From: the human T2T-CHM13v2.0 reference genome, Homo sapiens
Length of the DNA: 64,000 nt
Strand: one strand, 5' to 3'
Assembly (NCBI RefSeq): GCF_009914755.1
Contig: NC_060943.1
Below are positions 51,501 to 64,000 of this stretch, piece after piece. The notes below the pieces were generated by a model. The model made no database searches, was not told the origin of the DNA, and was given only the letters and a program-made list of their open reading frames with translations. Numbering within the stretch: position 1 is the stretch's first letter; every line of letters begins with the position of its first letter. The position numbers were made by a program, and so were the translations under genes.

Positions 51501-53799
51501 TTGTAGAATCTGCAAGTGTTCATTTGGAGTGCTTTCTTGCCCATGGTGGAAAAAGAAATATCTTCACGTAAAAACTAGACAGAAACATTCTCAGAAAATA
51601 CTTTGTGATGTGGTTGTTCAATTCACAGGGTTGAACCTTTCTTTAGATAAAGCAGTTTTGAAACACTGCTTTTGTAGAATCTTCTTGTGGATATTTGGAG
51701 CTGTTTGAGGAATTCGTTTTAAACGGGATATCTTCACATTCAAACTAGTCAGAAGCATTCTCAGAAACTGGTTTGTGATGTGTGCATTCTACTCACAGAG
51801 TTGAACCTTCCTTTTGAGAGAGCAGTTTTGAAACAATCTTTTTGTATTCTCTACAAGTGGATACTTGGAGCAATGGGAGGACTAAGATTGAAAAGGAAAT
51901 ATCTTCACGGCCAAACTTGACAGAAGCTTTCTCAGAATCTGCTTTGTGATGTGTGCATTTACCTCACAGAGTGGAACCGTCCTTTTGATAGAGCAGTTCT
52001 GAAACAGTCTTTTTGTAGGATCTGCGAGTGTTCATTTTGGAGCGCTTTTAAGCCTTTGGCGGAAAAGGAAATATCTTCACAAAAAAACTAGACAGAGGCA
52101 TGCTCAGGAACTTCACTGAGATGTGTGCATTCAAGTAACTGAGTTGAATCTGCCTTTTGATAGAGCAGAATTGAAACACTCCTTTTGTAGAATCTGCTTG
52201 TGGATATTTGGAACTCTTTCAGGAGTTCGTTGGCAGCTGGTATCTTCACAAAAAAAGGAGACCCAAGGATTCTCAAAAAGTTCCTTGAGATGTGTGCCTT
52301 AAACTCACAGACTTCAAACTTTCTTTTGAGAGATCAGTGTTGGAACACGCTTTTTGTAGAATCTGCAAGTGTTCATTTAGTGCGCTTTGTTGCCTATGGT
52401 GGAAAAAGAAATATCTTCAAATGAAAACTAGACAGAAACATTCTCAGAAACTCCTTTGTGAAGTGTGTGTCAAATTCACAGAATTGAAATATTCCTTTGA
52501 TAGCGCAGCTTTGAAACACCGCTTTTATAGGATCTGCTTGTGGATATCTGGAGCTCTTTGAGGAATTTGTTGTAAACGGGATATCTTCACATACAAAGTA
52601 GACAGAAGCATTCTCAGAAACTGCTTTGTGATGTGTGCATTCCAATCACAGACTTCAACCTTTCTTTTGAAAGAGCAGTGTTCAAACACACATTTTGTAG
52701 GATGTGCAAGTGTTCACTTGGAGCGCTTTTTTGCCTATGGTGGAAAAAGAAATATCTTCACATAAATACTAGACAGAAGCATTCTCAGAAACGCCTTAGT
52801 GATGTGTTTGTTCTATTCAGAGAGTTGAACCTTTCTTTTGATAGAGCAGTTTTGATACACTGCTTCTGTAGAATCTGCTTGTGGATATTTGGAGCTCTTT
52901 GAGGAATTCGTTGTAAACGGGATATCTTCACATACAAACTAGACAGAAGCATTCTCAGAAACTGCTTTGTGGTGTGTGCATTCAACTCACAGAGTTGAAC
53001 CTTCCTTCTGAGAGAGCAGTTTTTAAACAGTCTCTTTGAAATATCTGCAAGTGGATATTTGGAGCGATGGGAAGTCTAAGTTTGAAAAGGAAATATCCTC
53101 ACATACAAACTAGACAGAAGCAATCTCATTAACTGCTTTGCGATGTGTGCATTCAGCTCACAGAGTTGAACCTTCCTTTTGAGAGAGCAGTTTTGAAACA
53201 GTTTTTTGTAGTATCCTCAAGTGGATATATGGAGCGATGTGAGGCTTAAGATGGAAACGGGAATATCTTCACATGCAAACTAGAAAGAAGCATTCTCAGA
53301 AACTGCTTTGTGATGGGTGCATTCAACTCAGAGACTTGAACATTTCTTTAGACGGAGCAGTGTTGAAACACACATATGCAGAATCTGCAAGAGTTCATTT
53401 GGAGCGCTTTGATGCCTATGGTGGAAAAAGAAATATCTTCACATAAAGACTAGAAAGAAGCGTTCTCCGAAACTCCTTTGTGATATATGTGTTCAGTTCA
53501 CAGAGTTGAACCTTTCTTTTGATTGAGCAGTTTTGAAACACTGCTTTTCTAGAATCTGCTTTTGGATATTTGAAGCTCTTTGACGAATTCACTGTCAATG
53601 TTATATCTTCACATACAAACTAGACAGAAGCATTCTCAGAAACTGCTTTTTGATGTGTGCATTCAACACACGGAGTTGAACCTTCCTTCTGAGAACAGTT
53701 TTGAAGCAGTCTTTTTGTGGTATCTGCAAGTCGATATTTGGAACGATTTGGGACCTATGAGGGAAAAGGAACTATCTTCACATACAAGCTAGACAGAAG
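48516..53799. repeat. HOR unit U10, 31-mer type B
   Basis: Spacing 49231 to 54515 = 5,284. Confidence 0.95.
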
Positions 53800-56700
53800 C
53801 ATACTCAGAAACTGTTTTGTGATGTGTGCATTCAACTCACAGAGTTGAGCCTTCCTTTTGAGAGAGAGGTTTTGAAACAGTCTTTTTGTAGTATATACAA
53901 GTGGATATTTTTAGTGATTTGAGGTCTAATATGGAAAAGGAAATACCTTCACCTACAAACTAGACAGAAGCATTCTCAGAAACTGCTTTGTGATGTGTGC
54001 ATTAAACTTACAGACTTGAAACCTTATTTTGATATAGCAGTGTTGAAACACACTTTTTATAGAACCTGCAAGTGTTCATTTGGAGAGCTTTGTTGCCTGT
54101 GGTGGAAAAAGAAATGTGTTCACATACAAACTAGAAAGAAGCCTTCTCAGAAACTCCTTTGAGATGTTTGTGTCTAATTCACAAAGTTGAACCTTTCTTT
54201 TGATAGTGCAGATTTGCAACACTGCTTTTGTAGAATCTGCTTGCGTGTATTTGGAGGTCTTTGAGGAATTGGGCGTATACGGGATATCTTCACATACAAA
54301 TTACACAGAAGCATTCTCAGAAACTGCTCTGTGATGTGTGCATTCAACTAACAGAGTTGAAACTTTCTTTGGAGAAAGCAGTTCTGAAACAGTCTTTTTG
54401 TAGTATCTGCAAGTGGATACTTGGAGCGATTTGAGGCCTATGATGGAAAAGGAAATATGTTCACTTACAAACTAGACAGAAGCATTCTCAGAAACTGCTT
54501 TGTGATGTGTGTGTTCAATTCACAGGGTTGACTCTTTCTTTTGATTGAGCAGTTTTGAACCACCTGTTTTGTAGAATCTGCTTGTGGATATTTGTAGCTC
54601 TTGGAGGAATTCTTTGTAAAAGGGATATCTTCACATACACACTAGTCAGAAGCATTCTCAGAAACTTCTTTGTGATGTGTGAATTGAACTCACAGAGTTG
54701 AACCTTCCTTTTGAGAGAGCCGTTTTGAAACAATCTTTTTGAAGTATCTTCAATTGGATGTTTGTAGTGATTTGAGGCCTAAGATGGAATAGGAAATATC
54801 TTCACATACAATCTAGACAGAAGCACTCTCAGAAGCTGCTTGGTGATGTCTGCATTCAACTCACAGACTTGAACCCTTGTTTTGAAAGAGCAGTGTTGAA
54901 ACACACATTTTGTACGATCTGCAATTGTTCATTTGGAACGCTGTTGTGCCTATGGTGGATAAAGAAATATCTTCACATAAATACTAGAAAGTAGCATTCT
55001 CAGAAACTGCTTTGTGATGTATGCATTCAACTCACAGAGTTGCACCTTCCTTTTGAGAGAGAGGTTTTGAAACAGTCTTTTTGTAGTATCTGCAAGTGGA
55101 TATTTTTAGTGATTTGAGGTCTAAGATGGAAAAGGAAATACCTTCACCTACAAACTAGACAGAAGCATTCTCAGAAACTGCTTTGTGATGTGTGCATTAA
55201 ACTTACAGACTTGAAACTTTATTTTGATAGAGCAGTGTTGAAACACACTTTTTATAGAATCTGCAAGTGTTCATTTGGAGAGCTTTGTTGCCTGTGGTGG
55301 AAAAAGGAATATGTTCACCTAGAAACTAGAAAGAAGCCTTCTCAGAAACTCCTTTGAGATGTTTGTGTCCAATTCACAAAGTTGAACCTTTCTTTTGATA
55401 GAGCAGATTTGAAACACTGCTTTTGTAGAATCTGCTTGCGGATATTTGGCGGTCTTTTAGGAATTGGGCGTATACGGGAGATCTTCACATACAAGTTACA
55501 CAGAAGCATTCTCAGAAACTGCTTTGTGATGTGTGCATTCAACTCACAGAGTTGAAACTTTCTTTTGAGAAAGCAGTTTTGAAACAGTCTTTTTGTAGTA
55601 TCTGCAAGTGGATATTTGGAGCGATTTGAGGCCTATGATGGAAAAGGAAATATGTTCACATACAAACTAGACAGAAGCGTTCTGAGAAACTGCTTTGTGA
55701 TGTGTGCATTCACCTCACAGAGTGGAACCTTTCTTTGGATAGAGCAGTTTTGAAACAGTCTTTCTCTAGTATCTGCAAGTGTTCATTTTGAGCGCTTTGA
55801 GGCCCATGATGGAAAAGGAAATATTTTCACATAAAAACTAGACAGAAGCTTTCTCAGGAACTTCATTGAGATGTGTGCATTAAAGTAACTGAGTTGAATA
55901 CGTCTTTTGATAGAGCAGTATTGAAACACTTCTTTTGTAGAATCTGCCTGTGGATATCTGGAACTCTTTGAAGAATTCTTTGGAAACGGCTATCTTCACA
56001 TAAAAAGTAGACCCAAGCATTCACAGAACGTTCTTTGTGACATGTACATTGGACTCCCAGACTTGAAACTTTCTTTTGATAGAGCAGTGTTGGAACACAC
56101 TTTTTGTAGAATCTTCATGTGTTCGTTTGGAGTGCTCTGTTGCCTATGGTGGAAAAAGGAATATCTTCACCTAAAAACCAGACAGAAGCATTCTCAGAGA
56201 CTGCTTTGTGATGTGTGTGTTCAATTCGCAGAGTTGAAAGTTGCTTTGGATAGAGCAGTTTTGAAACACTGCTTTTGTAGAATCTGCTTGTTGCTATTGG
56301 GGGCTCTTTGAGGAATTTGTTGTAAACGGGATATCTTCACATACAAAGTAGACAGAAGCATTCTCAGAAACTGCTCTGTGATGTGTGCATTCAACTCACA
56401 GAGTTGAACCTTCCTTTTGCGAGAGCTGTTTTGAAGCAGTCTTTTTGTGGTATCTGCAATTGGATATTTGGATCGATTTGAGGCCTAAGATGGAAAAGGA
56501 AATATCTTCACATACAAACTAGACAGAAGCATTCTCAGACACTGCGTTGTGATGTGTGCATTCAACTCACAGAGTTGAACCTTCCTTTTGAGAGCAGTTT
56601 TGAAACAGTCTTTTTGAAGTATCTGCAAGTGGATGTTTGGAGAGATTTGAGGCCTAAGATGGAAAAGGATATATCTTCACCTAAAAACTAGGCAGAAGCA

Positions 56701-59083
56701 TTCTCAGAAACTGCTTTGTGATGTGGGGATTCAACTCACAGGCTTGAAACTTTCTTTTGATAGAGCAGGGTTGAAACACACTTTTTGTAGAATCTGCAAG
56801 TGTTCATTTGGAGTGCTTTCTTGCCCATGGTGGAAAAAGAAATATCTTCACGTAAAAACTAGACAGAAACATTCTCAGAAAATACTTTGTGATGTGGTTG
56901 TTCAATTCACAGGGTTGAACCTTTCTTTAGATAAAGCAGTTTTGAAACACTGCTTTTGTAGAATCTTCTTGTGGATATTTGGAGCTGTTTGAGGAATTCG
57001 TTTTAAACGGGATATCTTCACATTCAAACTAGTCAGAAGCATTCTCAGAAACTGGTTTGTGATGTGTGCATTCTACTCACAGAGTTGAACCTTCCTTTTG
57101 AGAGAGCAGTTTTGAAACAATCTTTTTGTATTCTCTACAAGTGGATACTTGGAGCAATGGGAGGACTAAGATTGAAAAGGAAATATCTTCACGGCCAAAC
57201 TTGACAGAAGCTTTCTCAGAATCTGCTTTGTGATGTGTGCATTTACCTCACAGAGTGGAACCGTCCTTTTGATAGAGCAGTTCTGAAACAGTCTTTTTGT
57301 AGGATCTGCGAGTGTTCATTTTGGAGCGCTTTTAAGCCTTTGGCGGAAAAGGAAATATCTTCACAAAAAAACTAGACAGAGGCATGCTCAGGAACTTCAC
57401 TGAGATGTGTGCATTCAAGTAACTGAGTTGAATCTGCCTTTTGATAGAGCAGAATTGAAACACTCCTTTTGTAGAATCTGCTTGTGGATATTTGGAACTC
57501 TTTCAGGAGTTCGTTGGCAGCTGGTATCTTCACAAAAAAAGGAGACCCAAGGATTCTCAAAAAGTTCCTTGAGATGTGTGCCTTAAACTCACAGACTTCA
57601 AACTTTCTTTTGAGAGATCAGTGTTGGAACACGCTTTTTGTAGAATCTGCAAGTGTTCATTTAGTGCGCTTTGTTGCCTATGGTGGAAAAAGAAATATCT
57701 TCAAATGAAAACTAGACAGAAACATTCTCAGAAACTCCTTTGTGAAGTGTGTGTCAAATTCACAGAATTGAAATATTCCTTTGATAGCGCAGCTTTGAAA
57801 CACCGCTTTTATAGGATCTGCTTGTGGATATCTGGAGCTCTTTGAGGAATTTGTTGTAAACGGGATATCTTCACATACAAAGTAGACAGAAGCATTCTCA
57901 GAAACTGCTTTGTGATGTGTGCATTCCAATCACAGACTTCAACCTTTCTTTTGAAAGAGCAGTGTTCAAACACACATTTTGTAGGATGTGCAAGTGTTCA
58001 CTTGGAGCGCTTTTTTGCCTATGGTGGAAAAAGAAATATCTTCACATAAATACTAGACAGAAGCATTCTCAGAAACGCCTTAGTGATGTGTTTGTTCTAT
58101 TCAGAGAGTTGAACCTTTCTTTTGATAGAGCAGTTTTGATACACTGCTTCTGTAGAATCTGCTTGTGGATATTTGGAGCTCTTTGAGGAATTCGTTGTAA
58201 ACGGGATATCTTCACATACAAACTAGACAGAAGCATTCTCAGAAACTGCTTTGTGGTGTGTGCATTCAACTCACAGAGTTGAACCTTCCTTCTGAGAGAG
58301 CAGTTTTTAAACAGTCTCTTTGAAATATCTGCAAGTGGATATTTGGAGCGATGGGAAGTCTAAGTTTGAAAAGGAAATATCCTCACATACAAACTAGACA
58401 GAAGCAATCTCATTAACTGCTTTGCGATGTGTGCATTCAGCTCACAGAGTTGAACCTTCCTTTTGAGAGAGCAGTTTTGAAACAGTTTTTTGTAGTATCC
58501 TCAAGTGGATATATGGAGCGATGTGAGGCTTAAGATGGAAACGGGAATATCTTCACATGCAAACTAGAAAGAAGCATTCTCAGAAACTGCTTTGTGATGG
58601 GTGCATTCAACTCAGAGACTTGAACATTTCTTTAGACAGAGCAGTGTTGAAACACACATATGCAGAATCTGCAAGAGTTCATTTGGAGCGCTTTGATGCC
58701 TATGGTGGAAAAAGAAATATCTTCACATAAAGACTAGAAAGAAGCGTTCTCCGAAACTCCTTTGTGATATATGTGTTCAGTTCACAGAGTTGAACCTTTC
58801 TTTTGATTGAGCAGTTTTGAAACACTGCTTTTCTAGAATCTGCTTTTGGATATTTGAAGCTCTTTGACGAATTCGCTGTCAATGTTATATCTTCACATAC
58901 AAACTAGACAGAAGCATTCTCAGAAACTGCTTTTTGATGTGTGCATTCAACACACGGAGTTGAACCTTCCTTCTGAGAACAGTTTTGAAGCAGTCTTTTT
59001 GTGGTATCTGCAAGTCGATATTTGGAACGATTTGGGACCTATGAGGGAAAAGGAACTATCTTCACATACAAGCTAGACAGAAG
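53800..59083. repeat. HOR unit U11, 31-mer type B
   Basis: Spacing 54515 to 59799 = 5,284. Confidence 0.95.
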
Positions 59084-62000
59084 CATACTCAGAAACTGCT
59101 TTGTGATGTGTGCATTCAACTCACAGAGTTGAGCCTTCCTTTTGAGAGAGAGGTTTTGAAACAGTCTTTTTGTAGTATATACAAGTGGATATTTTTAGTG
59201 ATTTGAGGTCTAATATGGAAAAGGAAATACCTTCACCTACAAACTAGACAGAAGCATTCTCAGAAACTGCTTTGTGATGTGTGCATTAAACTTACAGACT
59301 TGAAACCTTATTTTGATATAGCAGTGTTGAAACACACTTTTTATAGAACCTGCAAGTGTTCATTTGGAGAGCTTTGTTGCCTGTGGTGGAAAAAGAAATG
59401 TGTTCACATACAAACTAGAAAGAAGCCTTCTCAGAAACTCCTTTGAGATGTTTGTGTCTAATTCACAAAGTTGAACCTTTCTTTTGATAGAGCAGATTTG
59501 CAACACTGCTTTTGTAGAATCTGCTTGCGTGTATTTGGAGGTCTTTGAGGAATTGGGCGTATACGGGATATCTTCACATACAAATTACACAGAAGCATTC
59601 TCAGAAACTGCTCTGTGATGTGTGCATTCAACTAACAGAGTTGAAACTTTCTTTGGAGAAAGCAGTTCTGAAACAGTCTTTTTGTAGTATCTGCAAGTGG
59701 ATACTTGGAGCGATTTGAGGCCTATGATGGAAAAGGAAATATGTTCACTTACAAACTAGACAGAAGCATTCTCAGAAACTGCTTTGTGATGTGTGTGTTC
59801 AATTCACAGGGTTGACTCTTTCTTTTGATTGAGCAGTTTTGAACCACCTGTTTTGTAGAATCTGCTTGTGGATATTTGTAGCTCTTGGAGGAATTCTTTG
59901 TAAAAGGGATATCTTCACATACACACTAGTCAGAAGCATTCTCAGAAACTTCTTTGTGATGTGTGAATTGAACTCACAGAGTTGAACCTTCCTTTTGAGA
60001 GAGCCGTTTTGAAACAATCTTTTTGAAGTATCTTCAATTGGATGTTTGTAGTGATTTGAGGCCTAAGATGGAATAGGAAATATCTTCACATACAATCTAG
60101 ACAGAAGCACTCTCAGAAGCTGCTTGGTGATGTCTGCATTCAACTCACAGACTTGAACCCTTGTTTTGAAAGAGCAGTGTTGAAACACACATTTTGTACG
60201 ATCTGCAAGTGTTCATTTGGAACGCTGTTGTGCCTATGGTGGATAAAGAAATATCTTCACATAAATACTAGAAAGTAGCATTCTCAGAAACTGCTTTGTG
60301 ATGTGTGCATTCAACTCACAGAGTTGCACCTTCCTTTTGAGAGAGAGGTTTTGAAACAGTCTTTTTGTAGTATCTGCAAGTGGATATTTTTAGTGATTTG
60401 AGGTCTAAGATGGAAAAGGAAATACCTTCACCTACAAACTAGACAGAAGCATTCTCAGAAACTGCTTTGTGATGTGTGCATTAAACTTACAGACTTGAAA
60501 CCTTATTTTGATAGAGCAGTGTTGAAACACACTTTTTATAGAATCTGCAAGTGTTCATTTGGAGAGCTTTGTTGCCTGTGGTGGAAAAAGGAATATGTTC
60601 ACCTAGAAACTAGAAAGAAGCCTTCTCAGAAACTCCTTTGAGATGTTTGTGTCCAATTCACAAAGTTGAACCTTTCTTTTGATAGAGCAGATTTGAAACA
60701 CTGCTTTTGTAGAATCTGCTTGCGGATATTTGGCGGTCTTTTAGGAATTGGGCGTATACGGGAGATCTTCACATACAAGTTACACAGAAGCATTCTCAGA
60801 AACTGCTTTGTGATGTGTGCATTCAACTCACAGAGTTGAAATTTTCTTTTGAGAAAGCAGTTTTGAAACAGTCTTTTTGTAGTATCTGCAAGTGGATATT
60901 TGGAGCGATTTGAGGCCTATGATGGAAAAGGAAATATGTTCACATACAAACTAGACAGAAGCGTTCTGAGAAACTGCTTTGTGATGTGTGCATTCACCTC
61001 ACAGAGTGGAACCTTTCTTTGGATAGAGCAGTTTTGAAACAGTCTTTCTCTAGTATCTGCAAGTGTTCATTTTGAGCGCTTTGAGGCCCATGATGGAAAA
61101 GGAAATATTTTCACATAAAAACTAGACAGAAGCTTTCTCAGGAACTTCATTGAGATGTGTGCATTAAAGTAACTGAGTTGAATACGTCTTTTGATAGAGC
61201 AGTATTGAAACACTTCTTTTGTAGAATCTGCCTGTGGATATCTGGAACTCTTTGAAGAATTCTTTGGAAACGGCTATCTTCACATAAAAAGTAGACCCAA
61301 GCATTCACAGAACGTTCTTTGTGACATGTACATTGGACTCCCAGACTTGAAACTTTCTTTTGATAGAGCAGTGTTGGAACACACTTTTTGTAGAATCTTC
61401 ATGTGTTCGTTTGGAGTGCTCTGTTGCCTATGGTGGAAAAAGGAATATCTTCACCTAAAAACCAGACAGAAGCATTCTCAGAGACTGCTTTGTGATGTGT
61501 GTGTTCAATTCGCAGAGTTGAAAGTTGCTTTGGATAGAGCAGTTTTGAAACACTGCTTTTGTAGAATCTGCTTGTTGCTATTGGGGGCTCTTTGAGGAAT
61601 TTGTTGTAAACGGGATATCTTCACATACAAAGTAGACAGAAGCATTCTCAGAAACTGCTCTGTGATGTGTGCATTCAACTCACAGAGTTGAACCTTCCTT
61701 TTGCGAGAGCTGTTTTGAAGCAGTCTTTTTGTGGTATCTGCAATTGGATATTTGGATCGATTTGAGGCCTAAGATGGAAAAGGAAATATCTTCACATACA
61801 AACTAGACAGAAGCATTCTCAGACACTGCGTTGTGATGTGTGCATTCAACTCACAGAGTTGAACCTTCCTTTTGAGAGCAGTTTTGAAACAGTCTTTTTG
61901 AAGTATCTGCAAGTGGATGTTTGGAGAGATTTGAGGCCTAAGATGGAAAAGGATATATCTTCACCTAAAAACTAGGCAGAAGCATTCTCAGAAACTGCTT

Positions 62001-64000
62001 TGTGATGTGGGGATTCAACTCACAGGCTTGAAACTTTCTTTTGATAGAGCAGGGTTCAAACACACTTTTTGTAGAATCTGCAAGTGTTCATTTGGAGTGC
62101 TTTCTTGCCCATGGTGGAAAAAGAAATATCTTCACGTAAAAACTAGACAGAAACATTCTCAGAAAATACTTTGTGATGTGGTTGTTCAATTCACAGGGTT
62201 GAACCTTTCTTTAGATAAAGCAGTTTTGAAACACTGCTTTTGTAGAATCTTCTTGTGGATATTTGGAGCTGTTTGAGGAATTCGTTTTAAACGGGATATC
62301 TTCACATTCAAACTAGTCAGAAGCATTCTCAGAAACTGGTTTGTGATGTGTGCATTCTACTCACAGAGTTGAACCTTCCTTTTGAGAGAGCAGTTTTGAA
62401 ACAATCTTTTTGTATTCTCTACAAGTGGATACTTGGAGCAATGGGAGGACTAAGATTGAAAAGGAAATATCTTCACGGCCAAACTTGACAGAAGCTTTCT
62501 CAGAATCTGCTTTGTGATGTGTGCATTTACCTCACAGAGTGGAACCGTCCTTTTGATAGAGCAGTTCTGAAACAGTCTTTTTGTAGGATCTGCGAGTGTT
62601 CATTTTGGAGCGCTTTTAAGCCTTTGGCGGAAAAGGAAATATCTTCACAAAAAAACTAGACAGAGGCATGCTCAGGAACTTCACTGAGATGTGTGCATTC
62701 AAGTAACTGAGTTGAATCTGCCTTTTGATAGAGCAGAATTGAAACACTCCTTTTGTAGAATCTGCTTGTGGATATTTGGAACTCTTTCAGGAGTTCGTTG
62801 GCAGCTGGTATCTTCACAAAAAAAGGAGACCCAAGGATTCTCAAAAAGTTCCTTGAGATGTGTGCCTTAAACTCACAGACTTCAAACTTTCTTTTGAGAG
62901 ATCAGTGTTGGAACACGCTTTTTGTAGAATCTGCAAGTGTTCATTTAGTGCGCTTTGTTGCCTATGGTGGAAAAAGAAATATCTTCAAATGAAAACTAGA
63001 CAGAAACATTCTCAGAAACTCCTTTGTGAAGTGTGTGTCAAATTCACAGAATTGAAATATTCCTTTGATAGCGCAGCTTTGAAACACCGCTTTTATAGGA
63101 TCTGCTTGTGGATATCTGGAGCTCTTTGAGGAATTTGTTGTAAACGGGATATCTTCACATACAAAGTAGACAGAAGCATTCTCAGAAACTGCTTTGTGAT
63201 GTGTGCATTCCAATCACAGACTTCAACCTTTCTTTTGAAAGAGCAGTGTTCAAACACACATTTTGTAGGATGTGCAAGTGTTCACTTGGAGCGCTTTTTT
63301 GCCTATGGTGGAAAAAGAAATATCTTCACATAAATACTAGACAGAAGCATTCTCAGAAACGCCTTAGTGATGTGTTTGTTCTATTCAGAGAGTTGAACCT
63401 TTCTTTTGATAGAGCAGTTTTGATACACTGCTTCTGTAGAATCTGCTTGTGGATATTTGGAGCTCTTTGAGGAATTCGTTGTAAACGGGATATCTTCACA
63501 TACAAACTAGACAGAAGCATTCTCAGAAACTGCTTTGTGGTGTGTGCATTCAACTCACAGAGTTGAACCTTCCTTCTGAGAGAGCAGTTTTTAAACAGTC
63601 TCTTTGAAATATCTGCAAGTGGATATTTGGAGCGATGGGAAGTCTAAGTTTGAAAAGGAAATATCCTCACATACAAACTAGACAGAAGCAATCTCATTAA
63701 CTGCTTTGCGATGTGTGCATTCAGCTCACAGAGTTGAACCTTCCTTTTGAGAGAGCAGTTTTGAAACAGTTTTTTGTAGTATCCTCAAGTGGATATATGG
63801 AGCGATGTGAGGCTTAAGATGGAAACGGGAATATCTTCACATGCAAACTAGAAAGAAGCATTCTCAGAAACTGCTTTGTGATGGGTGCATTCAACTCAGA
63901 GACTTGAACATTTCTTTAGACGGAGCAGTGTTGAAACACACATATGCAGAATCTGCAAGAGTTCATTTGGAGCGCTTTGATGCCTATGGTGGAAAAAGAA
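59084..64000. repeat. HOR unit U12, partial (m1 to most of m29), truncated by the window edge
   Basis: Starts with type-B m1 'catactcag'. Monomer order is the same as in U1. Confidence 0.93.

Larger units (their letters stand above)
1..64000. repeat. Alpha-satellite (alphoid) HOR array, ~171-bp monomers, 32-mer/31-mer units; centromeric or pericentromeric
   Basis: Hallmark alphoid motifs (CATTCTCAGAAACT, GTGATGTGTGCATTCAACTCACAGAGTTGAAC, TTTTGATAGAGCAG, ATATCTTCACATA..AACTAGACAGAAG) recur every 169-172 bp: monomer starts at 105, 276, 447, 617, 788, 958, 1129, 1300 and so on. Identical ORF translations recur at 5,455- or 5,284-bp spacing. Confidence 0.99.

Noticed and set aside
820-63553. Repeated 60-89 aa ORFs (for example the Cys/Lys/Phe-rich 89-aa '...CLWWKKKYL...RQKHSQ...' set) as a microprotein family
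   Set aside because: They are chance open frames. A 171-bp monomer is a multiple of 3, and the 89-aa frames simply track the b-c doublet. They overlap on both strands, often use non-ATG starts, appear or vanish with single SNVs (11362, 27825, loss in U5), and show no recognisable domain.
1-64000. CRISPR-like repeat-spacer array or a prokaryotic/phage system
   Set aside because: The sequences between conserved blocks are homologous to one another rather than unique spacers. There are no cas or other genes, and the motifs are plainly alphoid.
1-64000. Transposon insertion or strand inversion within the array
   Set aside because: Unit spacings are exactly 5,455 or 5,284 bp throughout and all monomers read in the same direction, leaving no room for an insertion.
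1-64000. Mosaic haplotypes as an artefact of a computationally modelled centromere sequence
   Set aside because: Considered less likely because private SNVs are shared by neighbouring units over 5 kb apart (U7/U8, U10/U11), which short-range models would not reproduce. It cannot be fully excluded without knowing the assembly source.

Overview
The whole 64-kb window is primate alpha-satellite DNA: head-to-tail ~171-bp monomers, all in one orientation, with no visible unique sequence, Alu/L1 insertion or inversion. The monomers form an unusually long higher-order repeat (HOR) of 32 monomers (5,455 bp). It is interleaved with 31-mer variants (5,284 bp). There are 11 complete units plus a partial twelfth. 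The 31-mers are of two sequence-distinct kinds, both arising at the closely related monomer pair m31/m32. Ten of the 32 monomers are B-type (CENP-B-box position), but only two per unit keep the full nTTCGnnnnAnnCGGGn core. A/B alternation is irregular, which resembles suprachromosomal family 5 (R1/R2). The 32-mer contains older internal duplications (m1-4 ~ m8-11; m12-15 ~ m21-24). Copies carry mosaic SNV haplotypes, including a 1-kb divergent patch in unit 5. All ORFs in the track are chance products of the repeat. I see no gene-encoded system; the interest lies in array architecture and evolution. Species and chromosome cannot be assigned without alignment. Monomer numbering is mine (m1 starts at 105), and SNV comparisons were made by eye.
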